A stretch of 64,000 nucleotides of DNA from Ilumatobacteraceae bacterium (GCA_044341655.1 JBIIRE010000001.1:8157-72156); one strand, 5' to 3'; shown: positions 45,453 through 55,137, counted from the stretch's first letter. The notes: generated by a model from the letters alone, not told the origin. A program made the numbers and translations.

Positions 45453-46058
45453 TCAAATAATGGCTGCCTGATGGTCGCTCTTTGAGCGATGCCACGAGTA
45501 GGCCTTCCAAAGAATCACTGTGTTTGCGGGAATCAGAATGATCTGCGGCAACCAGTAATAGAACTCGGCGATAAACAATCCGTAGAGAAACCACGAGACA
45601 CACGAGGACACCAGAATCGTGAGGCTTGGCACCGAAAGTCCGTGAAGGTCGTGGGTTCTAAGAACGTGCAGGAACTGAGGAGCCATTCCACCGATGCTCA
45701 ACACCGTGGCAGAGAGTCCCAGAAGCTCGATGGAGATCGCATTTGCCGCTACCGCAATCAAGACTGAAGCTGCGAAGAATCCAAAGAAAAAAAGCCAAGT
45801 CATTTTCTCATGGCGGATCAGGACGTAACAGATCAAACACTGCGCCGAAGTGAAAGCTACGTTCGCCCAATACCCAGCGGGGATTTCCTGCCAGAACGAA
45901 TAGAAAAACCAGAGATTGCTGCTCAATATCGCGTACGCGTTACCCAGCGGCGCAATGCCTTGAGTGGTGTCATGACGGAGAGTTCGATACACCTGGGGCC
46001 AAATGAAAATGATGCTTGAAGCCGTGCACCACCAGCCAAAGGCATCCTTCCAGTCCAT
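45453..46058 (-). CDS. Seven-TM membrane protein with two PQ-loop repeats (SWEET/PQ-loop-like, 3+1+3 topology)
   Basis: Repeat 1 is SIIFIWPQVYRTLRH..LSSNLWFFYSFW. Repeat 2 is SIGGMAPQFLHVLRTH..SSCVSWFLYGLF. A linker TM (WLFFFGFFAASVLIAVAA) separates them. Confidence 0.8.
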   Translation of the reverse strand: MDWKDAFGWWCTASSIIFIWPQVYRTLRHDTTQGIAPLGNAYAILSSNLWFFYSFWQEIPAGYWANVAFTSAQCLICYVLIRHEKMTWLFFFGFFAASVLIAVAANAISIELLGLSATVLSIGGMAPQFLHVLRTHDLHGLSVPSLTILVSSCVSWFLYGLFIAEFYYWLPQIILIPANTVILWKAYSWHRSKSDHQAAII

Positions 46059-46104
46059 CGCGTTCCACCCTATGCGAGCACGTTCATGCCCATTAGTTAT
46101 CTCG

Positions 46105-46599
46105 CTATATTTCGCGACGAAACACGATGCCGGGCACTTTCAGTTCACCGTCAGGTAATGGTTCTGAGGTGTCCCCTACGGCTTCAAAACCTGATTTGAT
46201 CATCACGCGCTGTGAGGCGATGTTGGTACTTGCAACTTTTGCGGTAACTGCGCTCGCTGCCTCTAGATCACTCAGATAATCAACAACGTGTCCCACCGCA
46301 CCGGTGTAAACTCCTTCGCCTCGCGCCCACGGTGCAACCCAGTAACCAATCTCGGCGACACCGTCGGTAATCACATGAACGCTGATGAGGCCCAAACCAC
46401 GAGCATTGACAGCGACATCTCTGATTGTCCAGCGAATTCTCTCGGTGACACCTTCCCCATTGCAGAAGCTTTCAGCATGCTCAATTAAGTAAGGACGCGG
46501 CACCGTGGTCCAGCGTTGGATCTGTGGGTCTTGGCACGCGTCAAAGATCCATGGTACGTCTGATAATTCAACTGCACCTAGAACAACTCCGGCCATCAA
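46105..46599 (-). CDS. GNAT-family N-acetyltransferase (RimJ/RimL-like)
   Basis: Size and the motif IGYWVAPWARGEGVYTGAV. Confidence 0.75.
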   Translation of the reverse strand: MMAGVVLGAVELSDVPWIFDACQDPQIQRWTTVPRPYLIEHAESFCNGEGVTERIRWTIRDVAVNARGLGLISVHVITDGVAEIGYWVAPWARGEGVYTGAVGHVVDYLSDLEAASAVTAKVASTNIASQRVMIKSGFEAVGDTSEPLPDGELKVPGIVFRREI

Positions 46600-46638
46600 G
46601 CCAGCCTAAACAGCCTTAAGCGTTTTGAACGGCTGGTT

Positions 46639-48102
46639 TTAAGCATTAGTGAACTGCATGACCCCGTCGTCGACTTCGCCATAGCGGAACATCTCGCGGT
46701 CTCGCTTGTAATTCTGCGGATTGATCCACGGCTCGCGGTCACCTTGGCGTGGCATGAGATGCATTACGCGCTGCATATAGCCAGCGGAGAACTGATCTAT
46801 CCAAGGCCGTTCAGGCATCTGAGAGTCTTCCACTCTCAGTTTTGGTGTGCAGATCTTTGCGTTCTTCTTTCGCATCTCATTGAGAAGGCGGCACACATAA
46901 GTGCTCGTAAGGTCGGCACGCAGAGTCCAAGAGGCGTTGATATAACCGAACGTGGAGCTCATGTTCGGCACATCTGAATACGCGAAGCCCTTATAGGTCC
47001 AGGTCTTTGAAAAGTCCACTTCTTTACCGTCGACCGTGAACGTCAAATTGCCAGGAGCAACGAGTAGTTGCAAACCTGTGGCCATCACGATGATGTCCGC
47101 ATCAAGATGGTCCCCGGAGTCAAGCAAGATTCCAGTCGAGTCAAAAGCCTTAATCGTGTCGGTGACTACATCAATCCGACCTTGGCGAATTCCTTTAAAC
47201 AAATCTCCATTCGTAACCAAACAGAGTCGTTGGTCCCATGGGTTGTATGGAGGGGTGAAATGCTTTTCAACGTCATAATCGGGCCCAAGCTCGGCTCGCA
47301 CAGCATCAAGGATCTTCTTCTTGACCACATGTGGAGCAGTTCGGGTTTTCCCATAGACAAACTGCTGCATCACAGTATTTTTCTTGCGCGTGACCGCATA
47401 AGCAGCACGTGGAGGTAACACCTTGCGCATGAAGTTGGCGAACTTGTCAGTGTCGGGCCGCGCCACTACGTAAGTTGGCGTGCGCTGCAGCATGGTCACG
47501 TGCGAAGCAGTCGTGGACATCGCTGGCACCAAAGTGATTGCAGTGGCACCCGAGCCGATCACCACCACTTTTTTCCCGACGTAGTCAAGGTCCTCTGGCC
47601 ACTTCTGGGGGTGAATGATCGTTCCTTTAAATGCGTCCACACCTTCAAAGTCAGGCACATAACCGGCCTCATATGAGTAGTAGCCGGCACACATATATAG
47701 GTAGTTGCAGGAAATCTTCTCGCGCTCTCCGCCGCTGCGGACTACATCAAGCTCCCATGCGGCACGTTCGGTACTCCAACTCGCGCCAACAACTCTGTGA
47801 CCCAAGCGAATGTGTTTACGAATTCCATATTCATCGCAAGTCTCATTCAGATAGTTAAGGATTGCTGGCCCATCGGCAATCGACTTCTCAGCGCGCCATG
47901 GCTTGAACTCAAACCCAAGCGTGTGCATGTCGCTATCGGAACGGATACCTGGATAACGGAAAAGATCCCAGGTGCCACCGATACTCTCGCGCCCTTCAAG
48001 GATCACAAATGTGCGATCTGGGCATTTATCTTGCAGGTGGTACGCAGCTCCGATACCGGAGAGCCCCCCGCCTACAACGACTACATCAAAATGTTCCATC
48101 AC
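46639..48102 (-). CDS. Flavin-containing / Baeyer-Villiger monooxygenase (EthA-like, about 490 aa)
   Basis: Motifs DVVVVGGGLSGIGAAYHL, GGTWDLFRYPGIRSD, FKGTIIHPQKWPEDLD and VVVIGSGATA. Confidence 0.9.
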   Translation of the reverse strand: MMEHFDVVVVGGGLSGIGAAYHLQDKCPDRTFVILEGRESIGGTWDLFRYPGIRSDSDMHTLGFEFKPWRAEKSIADGPAILNYLNETCDEYGIRKHIRLGHRVVGASWSTERAAWELDVVRSGGEREKISCNYLYMCAGYYSYEAGYVPDFEGVDAFKGTIIHPQKWPEDLDYVGKKVVVIGSGATAITLVPAMSTTASHVTMLQRTPTYVVARPDTDKFANFMRKVLPPRAAYAVTRKKNTVMQQFVYGKTRTAPHVVKKKILDAVRAELGPDYDVEKHFTPPYNPWDQRLCLVTNGDLFKGIRQGRIDVVTDTIKAFDSTGILLDSGDHLDADIIVMATGLQLLVAPGNLTFTVDGKEVDFSKTWTYKGFAYSDVPNMSSTFGYINASWTLRADLTSTYVCRLLNEMRKKNAKICTPKLRVEDSQMPERPWIDQFSAGYMQRVMHLMPRQGDREPWINPQNYKRDREMFRYGEVDDGVMQFTNA

Positions 48103-48133
48103 GCCTCCGATCGCATACTACGACCGGATCCGA

Positions 48134-49348
48134 TCAGGCCATCTTCTCCTGGAGTCTGCGGTCGAGCGCTGCCAAGTAGTCCTCGGTTGTAAGCCACTTC
48201 TGGTCCTTTGAAATCAAGATGGCAAGGTCCTTGGTCATTTCGCCTTGCTCGACAGACTCCACACAAACCTGCTCGAGTTTCTCGGCGAAATCAATGAGCG
48301 CAGTATTGCCATCGAGCTTGCCGCGATGGATGAGGCCACGGGTCCAAGCGAAAATCGACGCGATTGGGTTGGTCGAGGTCTTGTTTCCCTTTTGGTGTTC
48401 ACGGTAGTGACGCGTGACTGTACCGTGTGCAGCTTCAGCCTCCACAGTTTTTCCGTCTGGGGTCAGGAGCACCGAAGTCATGAGTCCAAGTGACCCGAAG
48501 CCTTGCGCAACTGTGTCTGACTGCACGTCGCCGTCGTAGTTCTTGCATGCCCAGACATAGCCGCCTTCCCACTTCATTGCGGAAGCAACCATGTCATCAA
48601 TAAGACGGTGTTCGTAGGTGAGACCAGCGGATTCAAATTCTTTCTTGAATTCGCTTTCGTAGATTTCTTCGAATAAATCTTTGAAGCGACCGTCGTAAGC
48701 CTTCAGGATCGTGTTCTTTGTCGAGAGATATACGGGATAGTTGCGCTGCAGGCCGTAACGCAATGATGCGCGCGCAAAGTCGCGAATGCTGTCATCGAAG
48801 TTGTACATGCCCATTGCCACGCCTGAGCCAGTGAACTTTGCAACTTCCATCTGAATTGGCTCACCGCCGTTGTCTGGAGTCCAGGAGATTGTCACAGTTC
48901 CAGGGCCGGGAACCTTGAAGTCTGTTGCTTTGTATTGATCGCCGTGTGCGTGACGACCAATCACAATTGGCTTGGTCCAGCCGGGCACGAGGCGCGGAAT
49001 GTTGCTGCAGATAATTGGCTCACGGAACACCACGCCACCGAGGATGTTGCGGATAGTGCCATTTGGCGACTTCCACATTTTCTTCAGCTTGAATTCTTCA
49101 ACACGTGCTTCATCGGGCGTGATGGTTGCGCACTTGATGCCGACGCCGTGTTTCAAGATTGCATTGGCAGCGTCCACAGTGACCTGATCGTTGGTCTCAT
49201 CTCGGTATTCCATGCCGAGGTCGTAGTAGTCAATCGGAATGTCAAGATACGGAAGGATGAGGCGGTCTTTGATGAACTGCCAGATGATTCGTGTCATCTC
49301 GTCACCGTCGAGGTCTACGACGGGATTGGCGACCTTGATCTTGGCCAT
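48134..49348 (-). CDS. icd: NADP-dependent isocitrate dehydrogenase (homodimeric type II, eukaryote-like)
   Basis: Motifs [45 protein letters not shown]-like [12 protein letters not shown], and [26 protein letters not shown]. Confidence 0.95.
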   Translation of the reverse strand: MAKIKVANPVVDLDGDEMTRIIWQFIKDRLILPYLDIPIDYYDLGMEYRDETNDQVTVDAANAILKHGVGIKCATITPDEARVEEFKLKKMWKSPNGTIRNILGGVVFREPIICSNIPRLVPGWTKPIVIGRHAHGDQYKATDFKVPGPGTVTISWTPDNGGEPIQMEVAKFTGSGVAMGMYNFDDSIRDFARASLRYGLQRNYPVYLSTKNTILKAYDGRFKDLFEEIYESEFKKEFESAGLTYEHRLIDDMVASAMKWEGGYVWACKNYDGDVQSDTVAQGFGSLGLMTSVLLTPDGKTVEAEAAHGTVTRHYREHQKGNKTSTNPIASIFAWTRGLIHRGKLDGNTALIDFAEKLEQVCVESVEQGEMTKDLAILISKDQKWLTTEDYLAALDRRLQEKMA

Positions 49349-49460
49349 GTGAACTCCTTCGCGGGCAGCCCGTTTGCTGCAACTTGTATTGGACTTGTAA
49401 ACCTTAGCGCAGCCCCAACAGGACCAAGGCTTAAGCGGTCATGAGCCGTAGATTCAAAGC

Positions 49461-50558
49461 ATGGAATTCGGCTGGACTCCCGAACAGCAACAACTGCGCG
49501 AAAAAGCCAGGGATGTGGCCTCGAGTGCCGTAAAGAAATATGGCCGCTCGAATGACGCATGGATGAACGGCTATTCGCGTGAGTTTTCAATGGAACTCGG
49601 TCGTCTTGGCTGGATTGGTCTCACTTGGCCCAAAGAATTTGGTGGCGGTGGCAGGCCAGCGATTGATCGATTGATAATCGCTGAAGAAATGATCAAAGCC
49701 GGAGCACCGATTGCCGCATCGTGGTTCGCGGATCGGCAAATGGGTCCAACGCTTATTCGATTCGGCACAAAGGAACAGCAAGAGCGATTCCTTCCCGAGA
49801 TTCTCGAAGGCAAGGTGACTTGGTGCATCGGCATGAGCGAACCCAACTCAGGTAGCGATCTTGCTTCGGTGCAAACTTTTGCCCAACGCGACGGTGATGA
49901 ATGGATCATCAACGGCCAAAAAATTTGGACCTCATTCGGCGCTGATGCGGACTACTGCTATTTGATCTGCCGAACCAGCCGCGAAGGGCGTCCGCACGAA
50001 GGCATCAGCGAAATTGTTGTGCCAATGAATACCCCAGGTATTGAAATTCGCAGGATCAAAGATCTGACCCAAAACCGTCACTTCTGCGAGGTCTTCTACA
50101 GCGATGTTCGTGTTCCGATCACCAACATGGTCGGCACCGAAGGTGGAGCTTTCAAGCAAACCATGGTGCAACTTGAACACGAACGCGGCGGCATCGATCG
50201 TCTCGTTTCCAATTACTACCAATACGAGTATGCAAAGGCTCGCGCGGACATGAACGATTCACTTGTGCGCCAAGAGATAGCCAAGTTGGAGTCCGGCTTC
50301 GCAATCGGCAGGATTCTCGTGGCTCGTGAAGTTCTTCAGCAAGCCCCAGCGGGATTTGCCGCCGCCACCAAATGCTTCTGCACCGAACACGAGCAACGAG
50401 TAGCCGAATTCGCATGGCGGATCCTCGGCCCAGAGGCCACCCTGCTGGATGACGTAACCAATGGACTCGCCTATGCTCCCGCCTACACAATCATGGGCGG
50501 CACCTCGAATGTGATGAGGAATATTCTCGGAGAGAGAGTTCTTGGCCTCGCTCGCTGA
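49461..50558 (+). CDS. Acyl-CoA dehydrogenase
   Basis: Motifs WCIGMSEPNSGSDLASV..EWIINGQKIWTS and GGTSNVMRN. Confidence 0.9.
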   Translation: MEFGWTPEQQQLREKARDVASSAVKKYGRSNDAWMNGYSREFSMELGRLGWIGLTWPKEFGGGGRPAIDRLIIAEEMIKAGAPIAASWFADRQMGPTLIRFGTKEQQERFLPEILEGKVTWCIGMSEPNSGSDLASVQTFAQRDGDEWIINGQKIWTSFGADADYCYLICRTSREGRPHEGISEIVVPMNTPGIEIRRIKDLTQNRHFCEVFYSDVRVPITNMVGTEGGAFKQTMVQLEHERGGIDRLVSNYYQYEYAKARADMNDSLVRQEIAKLESGFAIGRILVAREVLQQAPAGFAAATKCFCTEHEQRVAEFAWRILGPEATLLDDVTNGLAYAPAYTIMGGTSNVMRNILGERVLGLAR

Positions 50559-50578
50559 GTTCAAAATTGGGGGAAAAC

Positions 50579-51913
50579 ATGGATGATCTGCTTGCGATTT
50601 CATCGGAGATAATCGACGAACAAAAAGTCGATGTATTGATCAACCGTGTGAATCAGCAGTTGAGTGAAGTCAGTGATGGCCTCGCAATGGTTGAATCCTT
50701 CAGTCATTGCGTTGCCTGGGATCACGGCGATGGCATTGCATGCTTTGACGCCAGCGGCGTGCACACAGGTGCCGCGGTTGTTAGCGAGATTGCAAAATGG
50801 CGCAAAAAACCGATCTCTCACCTTTTTTATACGCACGGTCACGCAGATCATGTAGGCGGTAGTGCCGCGTTTGCAGCCCATGCCCAATCTCGAAGCGATC
50901 ACAAGCCCCTGGTGATCGGACACGAAAATGTCCCAGACCGTATTCAGAGGTATCGCGACACAAATAACTGGAACCTTCTGATCAATGCTCGACAGTTTGG
51001 TGGCATCAATTCAGACATGAACTTGTCGATCGGCGAAGCGAGTGCAGGAATTGAGGTTAAGGACATCGGCAAGCAGGCGCGCCGGTTCCTTCCCGAGAAC
51101 ACTCTTCTCCCCGACCAAACCTTCGCCGAGCAGCACAGTATGAATCTCGGTGGAGTCGACATCGAGTTACACCACTCAAAAGGTGAGACCGATGATCACT
51201 TGTGGTGTTTCGTGCCTGAAAAGAAGTGGATCATGACTGGCGACTTCATTATCTGGAATTTCCCGAATGCAGGAAACCCCCAGAAGGTACAGCGCTACCC
51301 CGTCGATTGGGCTCGAGCTCTACGAAAGATGATCGCCCAAGAACCCGAATTGCTACTACCTGCTCACGGTTTGCCAATCACTGGCAAAGCGCGCATCGCA
51401 CGCGTGCTTCACGAGATTGCCACCGCACTTGAAGACCTCACAACTGATGTGATCCGAATGATGAATGAAGGTCACACGCTCAACGACATCATTCACACAG
51501 TGAAAGTGCCACAAGAAACGATCGCCAAGCCGTATTTGCGGCCTTTATACGACGAGCCAGAGTTCGTCGTCCACAATGTCTGGCGTCAATTCGGTGGCTG
51601 GTGGGATGGCGAAGCTTCAAGCCTGAAACCATCACGCAATACTGAACTTGCATCTGCAATTTCTGAGCTAGCAGGCGGCCCGATGGTTCTTGCCAATCGC
51701 GCACTGGAGGCAATGAACAATGGCGATGAACGACTCGCGTGCCACCTTGCTGACCTCGCGGGCTGGGCAGCTAATGACGACCCCGATGTGCATGCGATTC
51801 GGGCCGATATTTATAACCGCCGGCGCAAACTTGAGTTGAGCCTTATGGCTAAGGGCATCTACAAGGCCGCGGCTCGTGACTCAGAGGCAGTGTTCAAGCC
51901 CGCGCAAGACTGA
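50579..51913 (+). CDS. Metallo-beta-lactamase-fold alkyl/aryl-sulfatase-like protein without the C-terminal SCP2 domain
   Basis: Motif YTHGHADHVGG (HxHxDH) and a dimerisation-domain-like VWRQFGGWWDGEASSLKP. ATG 50579 has GGGGGAAAAC upstream. The track start is TTG 50567. Confidence 0.8.
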   Translation: MDDLLAISSEIIDEQKVDVLINRVNQQLSEVSDGLAMVESFSHCVAWDHGDGIACFDASGVHTGAAVVSEIAKWRKKPISHLFYTHGHADHVGGSAAFAAHAQSRSDHKPLVIGHENVPDRIQRYRDTNNWNLLINARQFGGINSDMNLSIGEASAGIEVKDIGKQARRFLPENTLLPDQTFAEQHSMNLGGVDIELHHSKGETDDHLWCFVPEKKWIMTGDFIIWNFPNAGNPQKVQRYPVDWARALRKMIAQEPELLLPAHGLPITGKARIARVLHEIATALEDLTTDVIRMMNEGHTLNDIIHTVKVPQETIAKPYLRPLYDEPEFVVHNVWRQFGGWWDGEASSLKPSRNTELASAISELAGGPMVLANRALEAMNNGDERLACHLADLAGWAANDDPDVHAIRADIYNRRRKLELSLMAKGIYKAAARDSEAVFKPAQD

Positions 51914-52736
51914 CCAACACGAGCGCCACTCCCGCGCCGACCATGCCAACAAGATGTGAGCGTGACACGCGCTCCTCATCAAGACTGGTTGCTAGCAACA
52001 CAGTACTAACGGGATAAAGAGCAGTCACTACCGCAACGATGATGAGCATGCCGTGCCGTGTGGCGAGTAAGTAGAGACCATTCGACAAAGTGTCGAGAAC
52101 ACCAGATGCGATCGTTATAGCGAGTGCCGATCGCGGCACAGCCAAAGACTTCCTGGCAACAAGTGCAACGATCAGCACGGTGGGGATAGAAGACAAACGC
52201 ATCCCAAGTAGCGGCCACATTCCTGCATCGTCTGAAGTGTGGCTCAAGAGCACGAAGATCAAACCAAAACACGATCCAGATGCCACCGCCATCAAGATCA
52301 TTCGCCAAGAGGCATCAACATGACGCGCGCTTGTCGAGGAACTAACAAGTGCCACGGAAGCAACCGCAATGGCGATCCCGATCGTCGCCAGCGCACCGGG
52401 GCGTTCGCCTTGAGCAAAACCGAATACAACGGGAACAACCGCCCCCACCACCGCTGAAATCGGTGCTGTTACCGTCATTGCGCCACTGGCCATCGCTCTG
52501 TAGAACGCAAGTAGACCTGCCCCGCCCGCCAAACCTGCGAGCAAACCCCAACCCCAGTCTGAAGCCGCTGGGGTGGCTTCCCAATCGGCAAGTAGCAAGA
52601 TCGCAATCAGCACTACTGACGCCAGTTGCCCGCGAACCGTAACGGCAGCTGAAGTTGCGTGGCGCGTAGCTCGACCACCGCAGTAGTCGGCTACGCCATA
52701 GAACAGCGCAGAAAAAGAAGCTAGAAGAATCGCCAT
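51894..52736 (-). CDS. EamA/DMT-family transporter
   Basis: About ten TM helices, with a typical N-terminus SALFYGVADYCGG. Its 3' end overlaps the convergent gene by 20 nt. Confidence 0.85.
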   Translation of the reverse strand: MAILLASFSALFYGVADYCGGRATRHATSAAVTVRGQLASVVLIAILLLADWEATPAASDWGWGLLAGLAGGAGLLAFYRAMASGAMTVTAPISAVVGAVVPVVFGFAQGERPGALATIGIAIAVASVALVSSSTSARHVDASWRMILMAVASGSCFGLIFVLLSHTSDDAGMWPLLGMRLSSIPTVLIVALVARKSLAVPRSALAITIASGVLDTLSNGLYLLATRHGMLIIVAVVTALYPVSTVLLATSLDEERVSRSHLVGMVGAGVALVLVSLARA

Positions 52737-52761
52737 GGGGTTGCAGAAGTTTTACAGACGC

Positions 52762-53802
52762 TTAGTCCGCTTCGGGTGACTCCTCTGGGGTTTCTCCCTG
52801 CAGATTCTCCAACGCTTCTATGAGGCCTGGATAATCACTATCCACCGCCATGATGCGCTCAAGATCATTACGAGCCATTCCACGCTTACCTTCGGCTAAG
52901 TAACACGCGGATCTTTCGATCCAAGCCCGATTTCGTACCTCAACATTTCGTGAACGGATTCGGAGTGCCTCTTTGAATGCCTCTCGGGCAGCAACGAACA
53001 TGTCTTTCTCCCGCAAAGAGATACCTCTAAAGACACAAAGCAGAGCGGTGGCATCGTCTTCGTTCGTGATGCCATCGGTCATGTCAATCACTTCATCAAA
53101 GCACTCTTTGAGAATGAACAATTCCGCAAGTGACACCGCAGCGATGGAATTGATCTGCTCGCCGTCTATGAGATCGATTGCTAAGTCAAGCTCGCCGGCC
53201 TGTTGGTAGATCTCCACTAGTGCCAAGGCAATCGCTTCACGGGTAAGCCCTGCTTGGGTCTGCACCCCAGCAGCAACAGTTACGGTCATCTCCACACCAA
53301 AGTTCATGTACTTTCGCGCAACTGGCTCACTGTTGGGCTCGCGACCCGTGGACCACGCGAGCTCCAGCCATTTGCGCGCTTCGGCGAAGTCATCTGTATC
53401 GCCCGACTGCAGACACATCATCCCTGCCAGTGCACCCATTGATGCTCTAACTTCAGAATGTTTGGTCGCCATCTGACCAATGGAAGTCACGGTCATTTCT
53501 TCCAACGCCTTGCAGAATTCTTTCTCAAGTTTCGGTGCGAACCAGCCGGGTTTGCGTGGCTGCGAAGGTGGCGGTGGCGGCACCGACCGCGAAGATGAGC
53601 GGCGCTTTGTGCTGCTCCCATAACTCTTGGTCTCACGCCACGACATTCCGGTTCCCGGAATACCTACGGATCGTGTCCGACCACGTGGACCGTAACCCAC
53701 TCGCAAGCCGGGTACACCAAAAGAGGCACCGATTCCGGTCTTGGAGAAATTCAACCTGACACCAGGCATCAACTTGATTGAGCGCTGAAAACGAAACGCC
53801 AT
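52762..53802 (-). CDS. DUF4236 N-terminal domain protein with a basic/Pro-rich linker and a helical TPR-like C-terminal domain
   Basis: The N-terminus MAFRFQRSIKLMPGVRLNFSKTGIGASFGVPGLRVGYGPRG matches my recollection of the DUF4236 pattern. The C-terminus is helical-repeat-like. Confidence 0.75.
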   Translation of the reverse strand: MAFRFQRSIKLMPGVRLNFSKTGIGASFGVPGLRVGYGPRGRTRSVGIPGTGMSWRETKSYGSSTKRRSSSRSVPPPPPSQPRKPGWFAPKLEKEFCKALEEMTVTSIGQMATKHSEVRASMGALAGMMCLQSGDTDDFAEARKWLELAWSTGREPNSEPVARKYMNFGVEMTVTVAAGVQTQAGLTREAIALALVEIYQQAGELDLAIDLIDGEQINSIAAVSLAELFILKECFDEVIDMTDGITNEDDATALLCVFRGISLREKDMFVAAREAFKEALRIRSRNVEVRNRAWIERSACYLAEGKRGMARNDLERIMAVDSDYPGLIEALENLQGETPEESPEAD

Positions 53803-53807
53803 TTTGT

Positions 53808-54977
53808 TTACCGCGTAGCTATCGCAGCTTCAGCACTAATCGTGGCGAAGCTCTCTCCAAATGGACGGAAATCAAACTCAGCACAACCAGGCACAAATGG
53901 CATCAGCATCGCGCGCCCTAGATACGCGGCGTTGCTGCACTCAGATGCCACCAACTGGATTCCACGTGGCACTTGTGATGATGCGGCGAATCGCTTCTGA
54001 TATCTCGCATACTCATCCAACAACACAGCACCGATGTCACTGTGATGCAACCCTGCTACATGGGCTTCGAGACGAAAACGGAGGTACTCGCGACGACTTG
54101 GACTCAGATGATTTGTGATTGTTTGACCAATTACCAAAATCAAATCATCCATGTCTCCAGAATCATGGCGCGCGATAAGGCTATGGCTGAGCGCATGACG
54201 AATCGTCTCTGCCAACAGTTCCGATTTGTTTTCTAGATGTTGGTAAATAGTCGAAGGATTATGCCCCCACTTGCGGGCGATCCGCGACACAGTTGCGTGT
54301 TCAAAACCGGAACGCGCAATTACCGAACGCGTTGCAACAAGCAAACTACGAATCAGTGGATCAATTTCTGTTTCATCATTCTCAATTGTTGGCACAGTTG
54401 CGTGCTGACGTGGGCCAAAATCCCGAACACTTGCGACGCGTCCTAAGCGCACCACTGTCTCTGCTAGTGCCCGAGCAAATTTACGTCCGTTTGAAAACGG
54501 AAAATAGATAATGGAGCCAAGCAGGATTGACAGCGTGGCAAATCGCATTCCACTTAGTGGTGTCGGAGCTTTTGCAACGCCAGCAACAAATGGATAAATC
54601 AATTCCTCGAGTTCATCCACACGATTGGCGATAGCGAGTGCCTCTAGAGCCAATACCAATTCCGTGGATGGCTCAAGCATCCAATTGGCAAGATCATCAA
54701 CCAATGTTTTGTCGTCCGGGTTCAGTACTGCGGCCTCATACAACGCCAGAAACGCTTCGAGCGCGGGGCGAAATCGGAGTTCCCACAAAGCAACCAGCAT
54801 CTCAGAACTGTTCTCATAACGTGAATAGATTGCCCCAGTTGTGAGCCCTGCGGCACGAGCAATGGACGTGAAGGTCACATGGTCTAAGCCCGTGAGCATG
54901 AGTTCTGACTCTGCAGTATCAAGAATCAGTTCACTTGTCCGAATCGATTTAGGTGTGGCTCCACCCAAGTAGTTCAT
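53808..54977 (-). CDS. Single-chain tandem TetR-family regulator (two TetR_N HTH units in one 389-aa polypeptide)
   Basis: HTH 1 is TFTSIARAAGLTTGAIYSRYENSSEML. HTH 2 is TVSRIARKWGHNPSTIYQHLENKSELL, about 190 aa later. Confidence 0.85.
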   Translation of the reverse strand: MNYLGGATPKSIRTSELILDTAESELMLTGLDHVTFTSIARAAGLTTGAIYSRYENSSEMLVALWELRFRPALEAFLALYEAAVLNPDDKTLVDDLANWMLEPSTELVLALEALAIANRVDELEELIYPFVAGVAKAPTPLSGMRFATLSILLGSIIYFPFSNGRKFARALAETVVRLGRVASVRDFGPRQHATVPTIENDETEIDPLIRSLLVATRSVIARSGFEHATVSRIARKWGHNPSTIYQHLENKSELLAETIRHALSHSLIARHDSGDMDDLILVIGQTITNHLSPSRREYLRFRLEAHVAGLHHSDIGAVLLDEYARYQKRFAASSQVPRGIQLVASECSNAAYLGRAMLMPFVPGCAEFDFRPFGESFATISAEAAIATR

Positions 54978-54992
54978 GCAAATCCCTCTGCG

Positions 54993-55069
54993 TGGTGGGC
55001 ACGACGGGACTCGAACCCGGGACCTCTACCGTGTCATGGTAGCGCTCTAACCAACTGAGCTACGCGCCC
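54993..55069 (-). tRNA. tRNA-Val (anticodon GAC), CCA encoded
   Basis: Reverse complement GGGCGCGTAGCTCAGTTGGTTAGAGCGCTACCATGACACGGTAGAGGTCCCGGGTTCGAGTCCCGTCGTGCCCACCA. Anticodon stem CTACC/GGTAG, loop ATGACAC. Confidence 0.95.
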
Positions 55070-55137
55070 TAAAGGCAATGCCTATTAGGCGGAACTTAGG
55101 CTAGCAGCGGGCAAGTGTCGCAGGCATTTCGGAGTTT

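Noticed and set aside
46601-46640. CCAGCC...GGCTGG followed by TTTT on the plus strand.
   Set aside because: The loop is 24 nt, the stem 6 bp, and no plus-strand gene ends here. Both flanking genes are on the minus strand.
6211-55069. A possible genomic island bounded by the two tRNA-Val genes.
   Set aside because: The tRNAs have different anticodons and bodies, so they are not duplicated attachment sites. I saw no integrase, transposase, phage gene or flanking direct repeat.
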